From assembly GCA_042568575.1 (NCBI GenBank), contig JBHPIO010000006.1:1-64000 (forward strand): a DNA stretch of 64,000 nt, given 5' to 3'. The position numbers and the translations under genes were made by a program. The notes beneath the pieces were generated by a model. The model was not told the origin of the DNA and did not search any database. It saw nothing but the letters and a program-made list of their open reading frames with translations. Shown piece after piece: positions 10,158 to 20,603 of this stretch. The stretch's first letter is position 1, and every line of letters begins with the position of its first letter. The DNA comes from Patescibacteria group bacterium. GTDB lineage: Bacteria > Patescibacteriota > Gracilibacteria > UBA1369 > PNNO01.

Positions 10158-10269
10158 ATTAGTAGGTGTTATTTCCAGTACGATAATTTTACCAAAAAAG
10201 CTGAATTTGGGAAGGGGCAGTGTTGTTTAATAAAACAAAAAGAGCTCATCTGCAAGCTACTTTACTCAT

Positions 10270-10722
10270 CTAGTAGTGATACTTCTTCCCTTCTAAAATC
10301 GTGCATCCTCTATAAACCTGCTCAAGCAAAATCACTCTTATCATCTGATGTGTAAACGTCATCTTGGAAAAAGAAAGCCTGGCATCGGCTCGACTAAGCA
10401 CTTTGTCGCTCAATCCGTATGGCCCGCCAATCACAAAAGTTATTTTCCCAGATTCTTTTAAAAATGAAGCAAACTCCTCGGAGCTGTAAGATTTCCCGCC
10501 TATTTCAAGAGCAACAACAAACGCATCATCTCGTATTTTTTTTATTATTGATTCGCCTTCCTTCTCTATTGCCTTAATTTTATCGTCCCCTTTTTTATCT
10601 TCCTCTATTGTTTCTACACTTATCTTCGCATAACGAGATAAGCGCTTTAAATACTCGTTTTCTGCTTCTTTAAAATAAGAATCTTTTGTTTTCCCAACCT
10701 GGATGATGTTTATGTGGAGCAT
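10270..10722 (-). CDS. rlmH: 23S rRNA (pseudouridine1915-N3)-methyltransferase
   Basis: FVIGGPYGLS...LSFSKMTFTHQMIRVILLEQVYRG...YHY SPOUT signature. Confidence 0.96.
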   Translation of the reverse strand: MLHINIIQVGKTKDSYFKEAENEYLKRLSRYAKISVETIEEDKKGDDKIKAIEKEGESIIKKIRDDAFVVALEIGGKSYSSEEFASFLKESGKITFVIGGPYGLSDKVLSRADARLSFSKMTFTHQMIRVILLEQVYRGCTILEGKKYHY

Positions 10723-10770
10723 TGTTTTAATTTAATGTAGTATATTCCACACGCATTGTAGCTTAAATTT

Positions 10771-12177
10771 ATGCAGCTTAAAAAGGGAGAAGAAATTTCG
10801 CTTTCTATAGAGAAACTGGCGTACGGAGGAGCAGGTATTGGATATCTTCAAATTGATGACAAGAAACTTGTTGTTTTTGTTGAGGGCACGCTTCCGCAAG
10901 ATGAAGTCACGGCCAAGCTCAAGAAAATTAAGCCGAATTATATTGAAGCTGAACTTGATGAAGTTACAAAAGAGTCTCCTTTAAGGGTAAAACCGCGCTG
11001 CCCTCATTTTGATGTTTGTGGCGGCTGCTCTTTGCAAACTCTTTCATACGAGGAACAATTGCTCTCAAAAGAGCTTCAAGTTAAGGAGTCACTTGAGCAT
11101 ATTGGAGGATTTGTTGAACCGCCTATGAAGAAAATCATTGGATGCAAAGATCCATGGTTTTACAGGAACAAAATGGAATTTAGTTTTGGGACTAGAGATA
11201 TTGATGATGACGAAGTTACTGTTGGACTTCATCCAAAGCATAGACGGTATGATGTTTTCCAAGTTAAGACCTGTTTTCTTGAAACTAATGATATTGGGAA
11301 TTTGATGACTACTGTTCAAAAATTTGTGCGGAAACATAAACTCACTCCGTATCATTTCAAATCAAATACTGGGTTGCTTAGGTCAATAACTGTTCGTGAA
11401 GGAAAGCGGACTGGTAAACGCTTGGTGAATCTTTTGACTTCAGGCGAACCGTTTGAGCAAACTGATGAATTTTTGAAAATACTAACAGAAGATGCTAAAA
11501 AAAATGGTTATAAAGAGGCAACTTCCGTTTACTTAACTCAACAAGTGATTCAAAAAGGCAGACGAACTGAATTTAAAGAAATATTGCTGCACGGTGAAAA
11601 ACCGCTCCTGGAAACTATGATTCTTGAAGATGGATCTAAACTGGATTTTGAAATCCTGCCAATGGCATTTTTTCAACCAAATACTCTTCAGGCAGAAATT
11701 TTGTATGACACAGCTCTCAGGCTCGGAGATGTTTCAAAAAAAGATATAGTGTTTGATCTCTTTTGCGGGACAGGGACGATTGGACTTTTTTGCGCACATA
11801 AAGCAAAGCAGGTTTTTGGAGTAGACCTTAATAAAAATGCTATCGAAAACGCACAAAATAATGCCAAAACTAACAATATAAAAAATGTCGAATTTGCAGT
11901 TGGAGATGCGCTTAAAATAGTCTCGGAAAGAACAGAAAAACCAGATATCGTTATTGTCGATCCTCCACGCAACGGACTTGGAGAAAAGCTTTGTGAACAT
12001 TTGCTTGAAATTAAAGCTCCGCAAATAATTTATGTTTCATGTAATCCAACTACACTTGCGCGAGACCTAAAACAGCTATGCGAAGAAGCATACACATTGG
12101 AGACTGTGCAACCGGTAGATATGTTCCCTCATACTTATCATATTGAAACCGTGTGTAAGCTCGTCTATAATCACTAA
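10771..12177 (+). CDS. rlmD: 23S rRNA (uracil-5)-methyltransferase RlmD/RumA family
   Basis: TRAM domain, CPHFDVCGGC Fe-S motif, FFQPN, DLFCGTG, VDPPR, YVSCNP, DMFPHTYHIE. Confidence 0.93.
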   Translation: MQLKKGEEISLSIEKLAYGGAGIGYLQIDDKKLVVFVEGTLPQDEVTAKLKKIKPNYIEAELDEVTKESPLRVKPRCPHFDVCGGCSLQTLSYEEQLLSKELQVKESLEHIGGFVEPPMKKIIGCKDPWFYRNKMEFSFGTRDIDDDEVTVGLHPKHRRYDVFQVKTCFLETNDIGNLMTTVQKFVRKHKLTPYHFKSNTGLLRSITVREGKRTGKRLVNLLTSGEPFEQTDEFLKILTEDAKKNGYKEATSVYLTQQVIQKGRRTEFKEILLHGEKPLLETMILEDGSKLDFEILPMAFFQPNTLQAEILYDTALRLGDVSKKDIVFDLFCGTGTIGLFCAHKAKQVFGVDLNKNAIENAQNNAKTNNIKNVEFAVGDALKIVSERTEKPDIVIVDPPRNGLGEKLCEHLLEIKAPQIIYVSCNPTTLARDLKQLCEEAYTLETVQPVDMFPHTYHIETVCKLVYNH

Positions 12178-12201
12178 GGTTTATATTTTAACCTTTTCAA
12201 C

Positions 12202-13365
12202 ATGAAGAAGGGAGTATCATTTCTTGTCGCATTGATAACATGCACCATTTTTGCAAGCCTGCTGGTTCCATCAGCTTTAGCAGTTGAATTCCAGGCTGAC
12301 GAAGAAGTTTTCATTTCAGAACCTATTTTGGATGACGGATATATTGCGGGTGGAATAATCACTGTTGATGAAGATGCAGTAGGTGATCTTTATATTGCCG
12401 GTGGAACAATCACAGTAAATGGAAATGTTGAAGGAGACCTTGTTATTGCAGGTGGAGACATTACTGTTAACGGAGATGTAGGCGATGATTTACGTGTTGC
12501 CGGAGGTACAATTTCTATTACTGGAAATGTTGGTGACGATGTAATTGCAACAAGTGGAAGATTGGACGTTGGATCTAGCACCCTTATTGGAGGGAGCCTA
12601 ATTGTGGGAAATGGTTATGCAAATATTATGGGAACGATTAATGAAGATGTATTGGGTGGTGGAGGCAGAATTACACTCGGAGGAGTTGTTTACAGAGATG
12701 TTATTCTTGAAGTACAGGAGACACTGATGCTAACTGATACAGCTAAAATTAACGGAAATCTTGTTTATACTAGTCTTCGAGAAGCTGAACTTGAAAACGA
12801 TCAGGTTGCTGGTTATATCGAATTTGATAAACAAGTTGTTGAAGATAAAAGTGTTGGAAAACAGGTTGGTGACTTTTTTACTAAGTGGCACCTTATTTTC
12901 CTTGTATTAAAGTATTTGTCTATTCTTCTTCTTACTGTAATTATTGTTTCACTTTTTCCCGCATGTCTTATGCAAGGATCTAAAATCGCAATGGAGCATC
13001 CATGGAGAAGTCTCGGACTTGGCTTTGTAATAGCGATTTGCGCAGTTGCAGCAACTATCATTCTTTTGATTAGTGTGATTGGAGTGCCAATCGCTGGAAT
13101 AGTTGTAGTTATTCTTGCCATCACAATGTATGTGGCAAAAGTTTTCGCTGGAACATTTATTGGAAGACTTCTTATCAAGCCTAAAAAGATGACCAAATGG
13201 AAACTATTTGGAATAACAGCACTCGGAATATTTATTCTTTTAGTGATTGATATAGTTCCATTCATCGGATGGCTCGCTTCTGTAGTTGTTCTGTTTATTG
13301 CGTTCGGCGCACTTTGGACACACAAAAAAGAGCTTTATGATAAGTTGGGATTACAGAAGGTTTAA
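12202..13365 (+). CDS. bactofilin-like beta-helix repeat membrane protein
   Basis: Signal peptide, repeats of V(E/G)GDLxIAGGxITVNG, then ~5 TM helices ending VPFIGW. Confidence 0.8.
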   Translation: MKKGVSFLVALITCTIFASLLVPSALAVEFQADEEVFISEPILDDGYIAGGIITVDEDAVGDLYIAGGTITVNGNVEGDLVIAGGDITVNGDVGDDLRVAGGTISITGNVGDDVIATSGRLDVGSSTLIGGSLIVGNGYANIMGTINEDVLGGGGRITLGGVVYRDVILEVQETLMLTDTAKINGNLVYTSLREAELENDQVAGYIEFDKQVVEDKSVGKQVGDFFTKWHLIFLVLKYLSILLLTVIIVSLFPACLMQGSKIAMEHPWRSLGLGFVIAICAVAATIILLISVIGVPIAGIVVVILAITMYVAKVFAGTFIGRLLIKPKKMTKWKLFGITALGIFILLVIDIVPFIGWLASVVVLFIAFGALWTHKKELYDKLGLQKV

Positions 13366-14669
13366 GACTTAAGACTCTTAATCCAGGTTAAAGCATCTTT
13401 CTTTGTTTTGAACTCTCCAGAAAGCTGCTTTCCCTCTAGTTCATCAACAATTTTACCAACCTCTTCTCCGGACTGTAAATCAAGAATCTTCATGATTTCT
13501 TTCCCATCCAGAAGAGGTTTTGGTTTGTGTGGCATTTCTTTCATAAGCTTTCTATAGCGTTCCATTATCTGATCGTATGCAGATAAATCTGTTGGAATAA
13601 TGCCTTTTGAATCAGCTTCAAACACCTGCATCAAATTCAAAAAATTCTCTTTTAAAAACCATTTTCTAGCCTGACCGTCAGTCATTTCAATTAGAGGAAC
13701 AACCATCATGTGGTGTTCGATAAGCCACTTAATCTCTTCCCTGTCCCTTTTTGGAAATTTTAGTCGTGTACAAATATCATGAGCAATTTCCCGCCCACGC
13801 TCTACATGACCGTTATATCGAATTCGTTCTGCAAGTTGAAAAGTATCTGGCTTACCAATGTCGTGTAAAAGGGAAGCCCACTTAACATCGCGTGCAGCAT
13901 GTGCGTCACATTTTTCCAAAGCTCTCAAGCTATGATCCCAAACATCTCCTTCTTGATGGAACTCTCTTGGCTGAGGAACGCCTCTAAGAGCTTCCAACTC
14001 AGGAATAATATGCTCCAAAATTCCAATTTCACTTAAATCTTCAATTGCTTGAGCCGGATTTGAGCCTTCTATCATTTTATTTAATTCATCACCTACTCGT
14101 TCCGCGCTCACTTTATTAGCAAGATGAGCGTGTTTTTCCAAAGCTTCATAAGTATCCGGATGATACTGAAAGTTAAACTGATTCTTAAAACGAACAGCTC
14201 TTAAAATCCTTAAATGATCTTCCTGAATCCGTTTGTGAGGATCACCAATAAAACGAATTAGCTCCGCATCAAGATCTTTTTGCCCACCGACACAATCAAT
14301 TATTTCATCGTTAAGTGGATCATAAAACATTCCATTAATTGTAAAATCACGGCGTTTTGCATCTTCGCCGGCATCAGTAAAACAAATTTTATCAGGACGA
14401 CGACCATCGGTATAACTTTGATCTGCCCTAAAAGTTGCCACCTCAAAAGCGTGTTTATCTTCAATTACTAAGATGACACCAAATTCTTTTCCGACAGGCT
14501 TGGTATTATCGAGCAGTTTTTCAACTTCATCGGGTTTGGCACTTGTGACGATATCGTAATCCTTTGGTTTATGCCCTAAAAGGATATCTCGCACACAACC
14601 ACCGGCCCAATAAGCGTCGTAGCCCGCCTTCTTTAATTTCTCAATTATACGAATCGATGTCGGCTTCAT
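13362..14669 (-). CDS. cca: CCA tRNA nucleotidyltransferase with HD domain
   Basis: GGCVRD...KDYDI, EVATFR, DAKRRDFTIN, EDHLRILRAVRF, HQEGDVWDH, LLHDIGK. Confidence 0.9.
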   Translation of the reverse strand: MKPTSIRIIEKLKKAGYDAYWAGGCVRDILLGHKPKDYDIVTSAKPDEVEKLLDNTKPVGKEFGVILVIEDKHAFEVATFRADQSYTDGRRPDKICFTDAGEDAKRRDFTINGMFYDPLNDEIIDCVGGQKDLDAELIRFIGDPHKRIQEDHLRILRAVRFKNQFNFQYHPDTYEALEKHAHLANKVSAERVGDELNKMIEGSNPAQAIEDLSEIGILEHIIPELEALRGVPQPREFHQEGDVWDHSLRALEKCDAHAARDVKWASLLHDIGKPDTFQLAERIRYNGHVERGREIAHDICTRLKFPKRDREEIKWLIEHHMMVVPLIEMTDGQARKWFLKENFLNLMQVFEADSKGIIPTDLSAYDQIMERYRKLMKEMPHKPKPLLDGKEIMKILDLQSGEEVGKIVDELEGKQLSGEFKTKKDALTWIKSLKS

Positions 14670-14727
14670 TATTTTGTTTTTACGTTACTTTAAATTATAC
14701 TACAAATCGGTTCTTTTATCGAGAAAT

Positions 14728-15762
14728 ATGAACATACTTGGAATAGAAACTTCGTGTGATGAGACTGCAGCTGCTGTTGTTCAAAACGGAACAACAGTCC
14801 TCTCGAATGTTATTGCATCACAGATAGATTTACACAAAGAAACCGGTGGCGTTGTCCCGGAAGTTGCCGCGCGTGAACATATTTTAAAAATTATTCCTGT
14901 TATTGAGAAATCATTGAAAGAAGCAAACTTAACATGGGACGAAATTAATGCGATCGCCGCCGTTCCTGGCCCTGGCTTGATTAGCGCTTTAATTACAGGA
15001 ACTCTCACGGCCTCAACATTGGCTTTGGTAAAAGACAAACCACTTATTCCTGTCCATCATATTCTGGCCCACATTTATGGAAACTGGCTCGAAAGAGATA
15101 ATTCGACTGAATTCCCCGTACTCGTTTTAACTGTTTCTGGAGGTCATAACGATCTTGTTTTGATGAAAGATCATGGGGACTTTGAACTTCTTGGTGCCAC
15201 ACGAGATGATGCTGCAGGCGAGGCTTTCGATAAAGTTGCTAAATTGCTTGGGCTTGGATATCCGGGAGGTCCTGCCATTCAAAAAACTGCCGAAAAAGGA
15301 AATTCTGATGCGCTTGATTTCCCTATAGCAAAGCTTGAGAAAGACAGTTTGGACTTTAGTTTTTCTGGACTTAAAACAGCGGTTTTATACGAGATTCAAA
15401 AAGAATATGGACGAGAGTTTACTCCTTCAAGTCTCGATCCAACCTTTGTTGCTAACGTTGCTGCTTCTTTCCAAAAAACGGTCGCGAGAACATTGGTTCA
15501 AAAAGTTATTAAAGCAGTGCAAAAATATCAGCCAAAAGAGATTCATATTGCAGGAGGTGTTTCTGCGAACTCATATTTGCGCGAACATGCGGAAAGTGAG
15601 CTTGAAAAATTTGGCCTCCCATTAAAATATCCGAAAAATATCGCTTACTGTACAGATAATGCTGCGATGGTTGCATCGTGCGGATACTTTATGTACCAAA
15701 AGAATCCGGAAAAATATTCGAAATGGGAAAATATTCAGCCAAACTCTAATTTCAACTTTTAA
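14728..15762 (+). CDS. tsaD: tRNA N6-adenosine threonylcarbamoyltransferase
   Basis: MNILGIETSCDET, GGVVPEVAAREH, VSGGH, TRDDAAGEAFDK, CTDNAAMV; start moved to ATG at 14728. Confidence 0.97.
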   Translation: MNILGIETSCDETAAAVVQNGTTVLSNVIASQIDLHKETGGVVPEVAAREHILKIIPVIEKSLKEANLTWDEINAIAAVPGPGLISALITGTLTASTLALVKDKPLIPVHHILAHIYGNWLERDNSTEFPVLVLTVSGGHNDLVLMKDHGDFELLGATRDDAAGEAFDKVAKLLGLGYPGGPAIQKTAEKGNSDALDFPIAKLEKDSLDFSFSGLKTAVLYEIQKEYGREFTPSSLDPTFVANVAASFQKTVARTLVQKVIKAVQKYQPKEIHIAGGVSANSYLREHAESELEKFGLPLKYPKNIAYCTDNAAMVASCGYFMYQKNPEKYSKWENIQPNSNFNF

Positions 15763-15832
15763 TAAAGTTTAATTGCTTTTCTAGGAGGATTATTATACAA
15801 TATTTTCCTATTTAGTCATATGCGGCAATCTT

Positions 15833-16252
15833 ATGGTTGACTCATTAAAAGAGAGCGAAAATCCGGATCTCGAAATACTGCGTGGTAGAACCGTACTTCT
15901 TGTTGAAGACGATTCTGTAAATCAACTGGTAGCAGTCAGGATGTTGGAAAAATTAGATTGCACAGTTGTAATTGCCAACAACGGACAAGAAGCAGTTGAT
16001 ATTGCTCTTTCTGGTGATAAGGAATTCGATTTTATTTTGATGGATATTATTATGCCAGTCATGAGTGGATTTAAAGCCACGAGGTACTTAAGAGAAAACG
16101 GAGTAACAACACCTATAATTGCACATACATCAGCTTTTAAACCTGAAGAGCGACAAGAATTTGAAACTGCAGGGTTTGACGAACTCGCATACAAAAACCC
16201 CACAGATATCGCAGTAATTGCCGCAGCCGTTAAAAGAGTACTTGGCAAATGA
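15833..16252 (+). CDS. single-domain response regulator receiver
   Basis: LLVEDD...ILMDIIMPVMSG...PIIAHTS...AGFD..YK; resembles hybrid-kinase-type receiver. Confidence 0.9.
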   Translation: MVDSLKESENPDLEILRGRTVLLVEDDSVNQLVAVRMLEKLDCTVVIANNGQEAVDIALSGDKEFDFILMDIIMPVMSGFKATRYLRENGVTTPIIAHTSAFKPEERQEFETAGFDELAYKNPTDIAVIAAAVKRVLGK

Positions 16253-16313
16253 AATTTTGACTTCCTCGGTTTTTTCAGTAGAATTTACACCACGTAGAGC
16301 TAAGGCATTTTCT

Positions 16314-17333
16314 ATGATCAAAAAAACGTTCGTATTTCTGGGATTTCTTGCAATTGGAATTGCCCTTTTTGTTTCTATTCTTTTGGAAACCGGTTTTGAT
16401 GCAATCGCCGATTCATTAATAAAATTTTCTTTAGTTAATTTCCTTTTTCTTTTACTTGTTTCCTTAGTTAATTTTGGACTTTTTACATGGAGATGGTCAA
16501 TGATTATCAAACTTCATTTAAAGAAGACCGGGCAAAAAAGCCCATCGTTTGTAAGACTCTTCCTACATAGGATGTCTGCATATGCCGTTAGTTACCTAAC
16601 TCCAACAGCTACAAGTGGAGGTGAGCCTGTTCGTGTATTCTTCCTTCAGGAAGACAAGATCGACACCAAAACTGCCGTATCAACAATAGTTATAGATAAA
16701 GTTTTTGAATATACGGCACTTATTTTGTTTATTTTCTCAGGTTTACTAGTCGCAATTATTGAAGGATCAATCTTTTCTGGAAAAGTAGAAATCATGCTGG
16801 GCGGTGGAATAATTCTTTTTGGGACTCTTATTTTTTGGTTTTATTACTCAACGATGAAACATATTGGCTTCTTCAGTTCTGTATTCAGATTTTTCCGTCT
16901 AAACAAGATTAAAAGATTAAAAGGATTCGAAGAAGGTATTGTTAAGATCGAGAAAAAGATGGCGTACTTTTATACAAAGCACATTCCGAGCTTCATATTC
17001 ATGATGTTCCTTTCGTTTGTAATGGTATTCTTCATGGTTTTTGAACATTTTATCATTGCATATTTTATGGGCGTTAAACTAACTTTCCTTCAATCGTTCC
17101 TTTCTGCAACAATTCCCGGGATTTCTTATATGCTTCCAATTCCTGGTGCTCTCGGAGCACTCGAGACAAGTCATGCTGGAATTTTTGTACTTCTAGGTGT
17201 TAGCATCAATGTGTTCGTTTTCGTTCTAATAATGCGTCTACGCGACCTAATATTCATATTGATAGGACTCGCGCATGCTTCTGGGCATGGAATCGGCATG
17301 ATTATTAAAGGCATGAAGAACGGGAAGGCTTGA
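16314..17333 (+). CDS. lysylphosphatidylglycerol synthase TM / flippase-like membrane protein
   Basis: Multi-TM; WRW, TPTATSGGEPVR, IDKVFE, PIPGALGALE, MRLRD motifs; start taken at ATG 16314. Confidence 0.85.
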   Translation: MIKKTFVFLGFLAIGIALFVSILLETGFDAIADSLIKFSLVNFLFLLLVSLVNFGLFTWRWSMIIKLHLKKTGQKSPSFVRLFLHRMSAYAVSYLTPTATSGGEPVRVFFLQEDKIDTKTAVSTIVIDKVFEYTALILFIFSGLLVAIIEGSIFSGKVEIMLGGGIILFGTLIFWFYYSTMKHIGFFSSVFRFFRLNKIKRLKGFEEGIVKIEKKMAYFYTKHIPSFIFMMFLSFVMVFFMVFEHFIIAYFMGVKLTFLQSFLSATIPGISYMLPIPGALGALETSHAGIFVLLGVSINVFVFVLIMRLRDLIFILIGLAHASGHGIGMIIKGMKNGKA

Positions 17334-17409
17334 TTTATTCAAAAAAGAGGGTACTATGAAAGCTACGTTCATGTACTCTCATGAATTATTCTTAACGCGC
17401 TCAACTACA

Positions 17410-18762
17410 ATGATAGATAATACTCAAGCGCAAGCCCCTAATCTAAAACTCTCCCCGCCTTATAGAACCGCTAAAGGTGTCCACGACATTCTGCCACAGG
17501 ATCACGAATATCATACTTATATTAAGAAGGTTGTAAGACACAGATTAAGACAAGCTGGTTTTAAACGTATCTCGACTCCGATATTTGAGTATACAGACGT
17601 ATTTGCTCGAAGTATTGGTGATGCCACTGATATCGTAGAAAAAGAAATGTATACATTCCTTGATAAGAAAGGTCGAAGTTTAACTTTAAGACCTGAAAAT
17701 ACTGCTGGCGTTGTTCGCTCGTACATTCAACATGGAATGCAGCAATTACCACAACCTGTTGAGCTCTATTATATTGAGCCATTTTTCAGATATGATCGTC
17801 CTCAAAAAGGTCGTTACAGGCAGTTTTGGCAGTTTGGATTTGAGATGATTGGTGAACTTGATCCAGCACTTGATGCACAAGCAATTTTTATGGCTAACAA
17901 AATCAACGAAGATCTTGGAATAGAAAAGTTATTTAAGATTCAGCTCAATACAATCGGTTCACTTGAAGATAGAAAAAACTACCTTCAAGCATTGAAAGAT
18001 TATTATTATGGAAAAGAGAGGTCGCTTTGCGAACACTGTAAAGATCGTCTGGAGAAAAATCCGCTACGACTTTTGGACTGTAAAAACGAAGACTGCATGA
18101 TTTTGGCAGAGCTTGCTCCTAAGATGACTGATTATCTTTCAAAGGAAAGTAGGGAATATTATGAAGATGTAAAAGAATACTTAGCTGAGCTTGAGATTGA
18201 TTACGTTGAAAATCCAAAACTTGTTCGAGGACTTGATTACTACACAAACACTGTATTTGAATTCTGGGATGCTAAAAATGGTGCTCAAAATGCAATTGGT
18301 GGTGGTGGTCGATATGACGGACTTGTTGAAATAATGGGTGGACAACCAACTCCGGCTGTAGGTTATGCTGCTGGAATCGAACGAATCATTGCCCACATGA
18401 AACGTGAGAAAATTCGAGTTCCTTCTAAAGACAACATCCATGTATTTGTTGCTCAACTTGGAAAAGAAGCAAAAAAGAAATGCCTAAAACTTATTGATGA
18501 ATTGCGTGAAGCAGGACTTAAAACAATCGGAGCTCTTGGTAAAGGTTCAATGAAACAACAACTAAAGCTCGCAGATAAGTTTGATGTTCCATACACACTC
18601 ATCATGGGCATTACTGAAGTACGTGAAGGTACAGCAATAATTAGAAACATGGAAAAAGGAAGTCAGGAAATAGTAAAATTCGACCAAGTCATAGATGAAC
18701 TGATCAGTAAAATCGGAGAAAAGAATCTCGACAAATACACTCCAGGAGAAATTAGTTACTAG
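17410..18762 (+). CDS. hisS: histidine--tRNA ligase
   Basis: TDIVEKEMYTF, LRPENTAG, FRYDRPQKGRYRQF, LVRGLDYY, GGGRYDGL; start uncertain (17356 or 17410). Confidence 0.97.
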   Translation: MIDNTQAQAPNLKLSPPYRTAKGVHDILPQDHEYHTYIKKVVRHRLRQAGFKRISTPIFEYTDVFARSIGDATDIVEKEMYTFLDKKGRSLTLRPENTAGVVRSYIQHGMQQLPQPVELYYIEPFFRYDRPQKGRYRQFWQFGFEMIGELDPALDAQAIFMANKINEDLGIEKLFKIQLNTIGSLEDRKNYLQALKDYYYGKERSLCEHCKDRLEKNPLRLLDCKNEDCMILAELAPKMTDYLSKESREYYEDVKEYLAELEIDYVENPKLVRGLDYYTNTVFEFWDAKNGAQNAIGGGGRYDGLVEIMGGQPTPAVGYAAGIERIIAHMKREKIRVPSKDNIHVFVAQLGKEAKKKCLKLIDELREAGLKTIGALGKGSMKQQLKLADKFDVPYTLIMGITEVREGTAIIRNMEKGSQEIVKFDQVIDELISKIGEKNLDKYTPGEISY

Positions 18763-18834
18763 AACTTTCCCGTTTGATCTTATAGAGCTATTCCTATATT
18801 ATTGTTGAAGAATATTCTTTAGTCATTTTTACCT

Positions 18835-19824
18835 ATGTCACCAAAAAAGAAGAAGAGCGCTTTCAAGTTTAATCCATGGATTCTGGTATCAGTAATTGCA
18901 GTTATTGCTTTTGCAGGATTCATTTTTTACGATAAAAGTCCAACTTTCCACAACAACGTCAATTTTGTGTTTGGGATTGAAGACGACATCTTCCCTGAAA
19001 TCCACAAAGTTAAACTTACAGTCCTTACAGATCCATCATTTGAAAACCCTGCGTACGATCTTGATGAAAAAGTCGCGGCTATTGAAGAAGAGCTGGGAAC
19101 TGAGGCTGAACTTAAAATTGAAATGTTAGATATAAATGACGACAAGGGCAAAGAGATCGTTGAAAAATTAGACCTTAAAACTTATCCTCTATTCCTTTTC
19201 GACAAAGAATTTAGTGAGACAGAGCTTTATAAAGGACTCATAGGATTCTTTGTGGAAGAAGATGATTACTTTGTGTTAAGGCTTCAACCATATGGATACT
19301 TACAATTCCCAGAAGTTGGCGATGGACACGTAAAAGGAATACTAACAGACGACGCGCCTATAAGAATTGTTGAATACAGCAGTTTCTCATGTACATATTG
19401 CGCAAGAATGAAAGACGTATTCGCTCAGGCACTCACAGAATACCCAGACAAAATCCAATTTGTTTACAAACATTTTGATAGAGGAGGCATTGATCAATTC
19501 CTTGCGCACATGTCTGAATGTGCGGATGAACAAGGGAAATTCTGGGAAATGCACGACCATATTTTCGATAATATTGCCGAGACACAGAATAGTGACGCTG
19601 ATACTGTAATGAATCTTTTTGCGACTCAAGTTGGTCTTGATGCTCAATTGTTCCAGAGCTGTATGGATGAAACCAGATACACTCAAAAAATCACCGGTCA
19701 GACTCAGGAGGGATACACTTTTGCAATCACCGGAACTCCTGGAATTTTTGTAAACGATAAATTTATTGGTGGCGCTATCGATTATGCAAATCTAAAAACA
19801 ATTATTGATTCCTTTACTCCTTAA
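18835..19824 (+). CDS. membrane-anchored DsbA-like thioredoxin-fold protein
   Basis: N-terminal TM; YSSFSCTYC CxxC; EQGKFWEMHD; ITGTPG cis-Pro loop. Confidence 0.9.
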   Translation: MSPKKKKSAFKFNPWILVSVIAVIAFAGFIFYDKSPTFHNNVNFVFGIEDDIFPEIHKVKLTVLTDPSFENPAYDLDEKVAAIEEELGTEAELKIEMLDINDDKGKEIVEKLDLKTYPLFLFDKEFSETELYKGLIGFFVEEDDYFVLRLQPYGYLQFPEVGDGHVKGILTDDAPIRIVEYSSFSCTYCARMKDVFAQALTEYPDKIQFVYKHFDRGGIDQFLAHMSECADEQGKFWEMHDHIFDNIAETQNSDADTVMNLFATQVGLDAQLFQSCMDETRYTQKITGQTQEGYTFAITGTPGIFVNDKFIGGAIDYANLKTIIDSFTP

Positions 19825-19836
19825 TACAAACAAGAT

Positions 19837-20601
19837 ATGACGTTCGAAAAATTTTCTGTCATTCCTATAGGTCCGATCCAAATTCAAGTTTGGGGACTGC
19901 TTGTTGCGCTTGGAATGCTTGTCGCTTTACTCTTCACACTACGTGAAGCAAAAAGAAAAAAGATGAGAAGTGAACCATTTATTGATATTTTCATCCTTTC
20001 ATTTATTGCTTCTATTATTGGTAGCCGATTACTTTATGTGGCTATCTTTTGGGATAACTACAAAGATAATCTTTGGAAAATTGTTCAAATCAACGAAGGA
20101 GGACTTGTTTTCCTTGGAGGAGTTCTTTTGGTTGTACTCACAATCATTCTCTACACAAGATTTAAAAAATTAAAATTCTGGAAAGTTGCAGATGCGATTT
20201 CTCCTGGATTTGCGCTAGGTATTGGTATTGGACGAATTGGATGTTATTTGATTGGCGACCATATTGGCTCACGAACTAACCTCTTTCTTGGTTCTTATTA
20301 CAATGGTGATCTTAGACACGAACCTTCTTTATATCTTTCTATAAACGGGTTCATTCTATTCCTATTGTTGTTCTTGCTAAGGCCTTTTATTAGGACTCAA
20401 GGAGTAATGGCATACATATTTATTGTTTGGTATTCAGCAAGCAGATTCCTACTCGATTTCACAAGAGCAATGGATATCGAGGGTCTTTCAGATCCAAGAT
20501 ATTTCAATTTAACAATCTCTCAATGGCTTTCGTTAGCTCTGTTTGTTATTTTTCTTCCTCTTTTAATACATAAAATAGCACGCGCTAAAGCTAAAAAGTA
20601 A
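19837..20601 (+). CDS. lgt: prolipoprotein diacylglyceryl transferase
   Basis: IGPIQIQVWG, GSRLLYV, GGLVFLGG, GIGRIGC, RHEPSLY, RFLLDFTR. Confidence 0.9.
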   Translation: MTFEKFSVIPIGPIQIQVWGLLVALGMLVALLFTLREAKRKKMRSEPFIDIFILSFIASIIGSRLLYVAIFWDNYKDNLWKIVQINEGGLVFLGGVLLVVLTIILYTRFKKLKFWKVADAISPGFALGIGIGRIGCYLIGDHIGSRTNLFLGSYYNGDLRHEPSLYLSINGFILFLLLFLLRPFIRTQGVMAYIFIVWYSASRFLLDFTRAMDIEGLSDPRYFNLTISQWLSLALFVIFLPLLIHKIARAKAKK

Positions 20602-20603
20602 TT

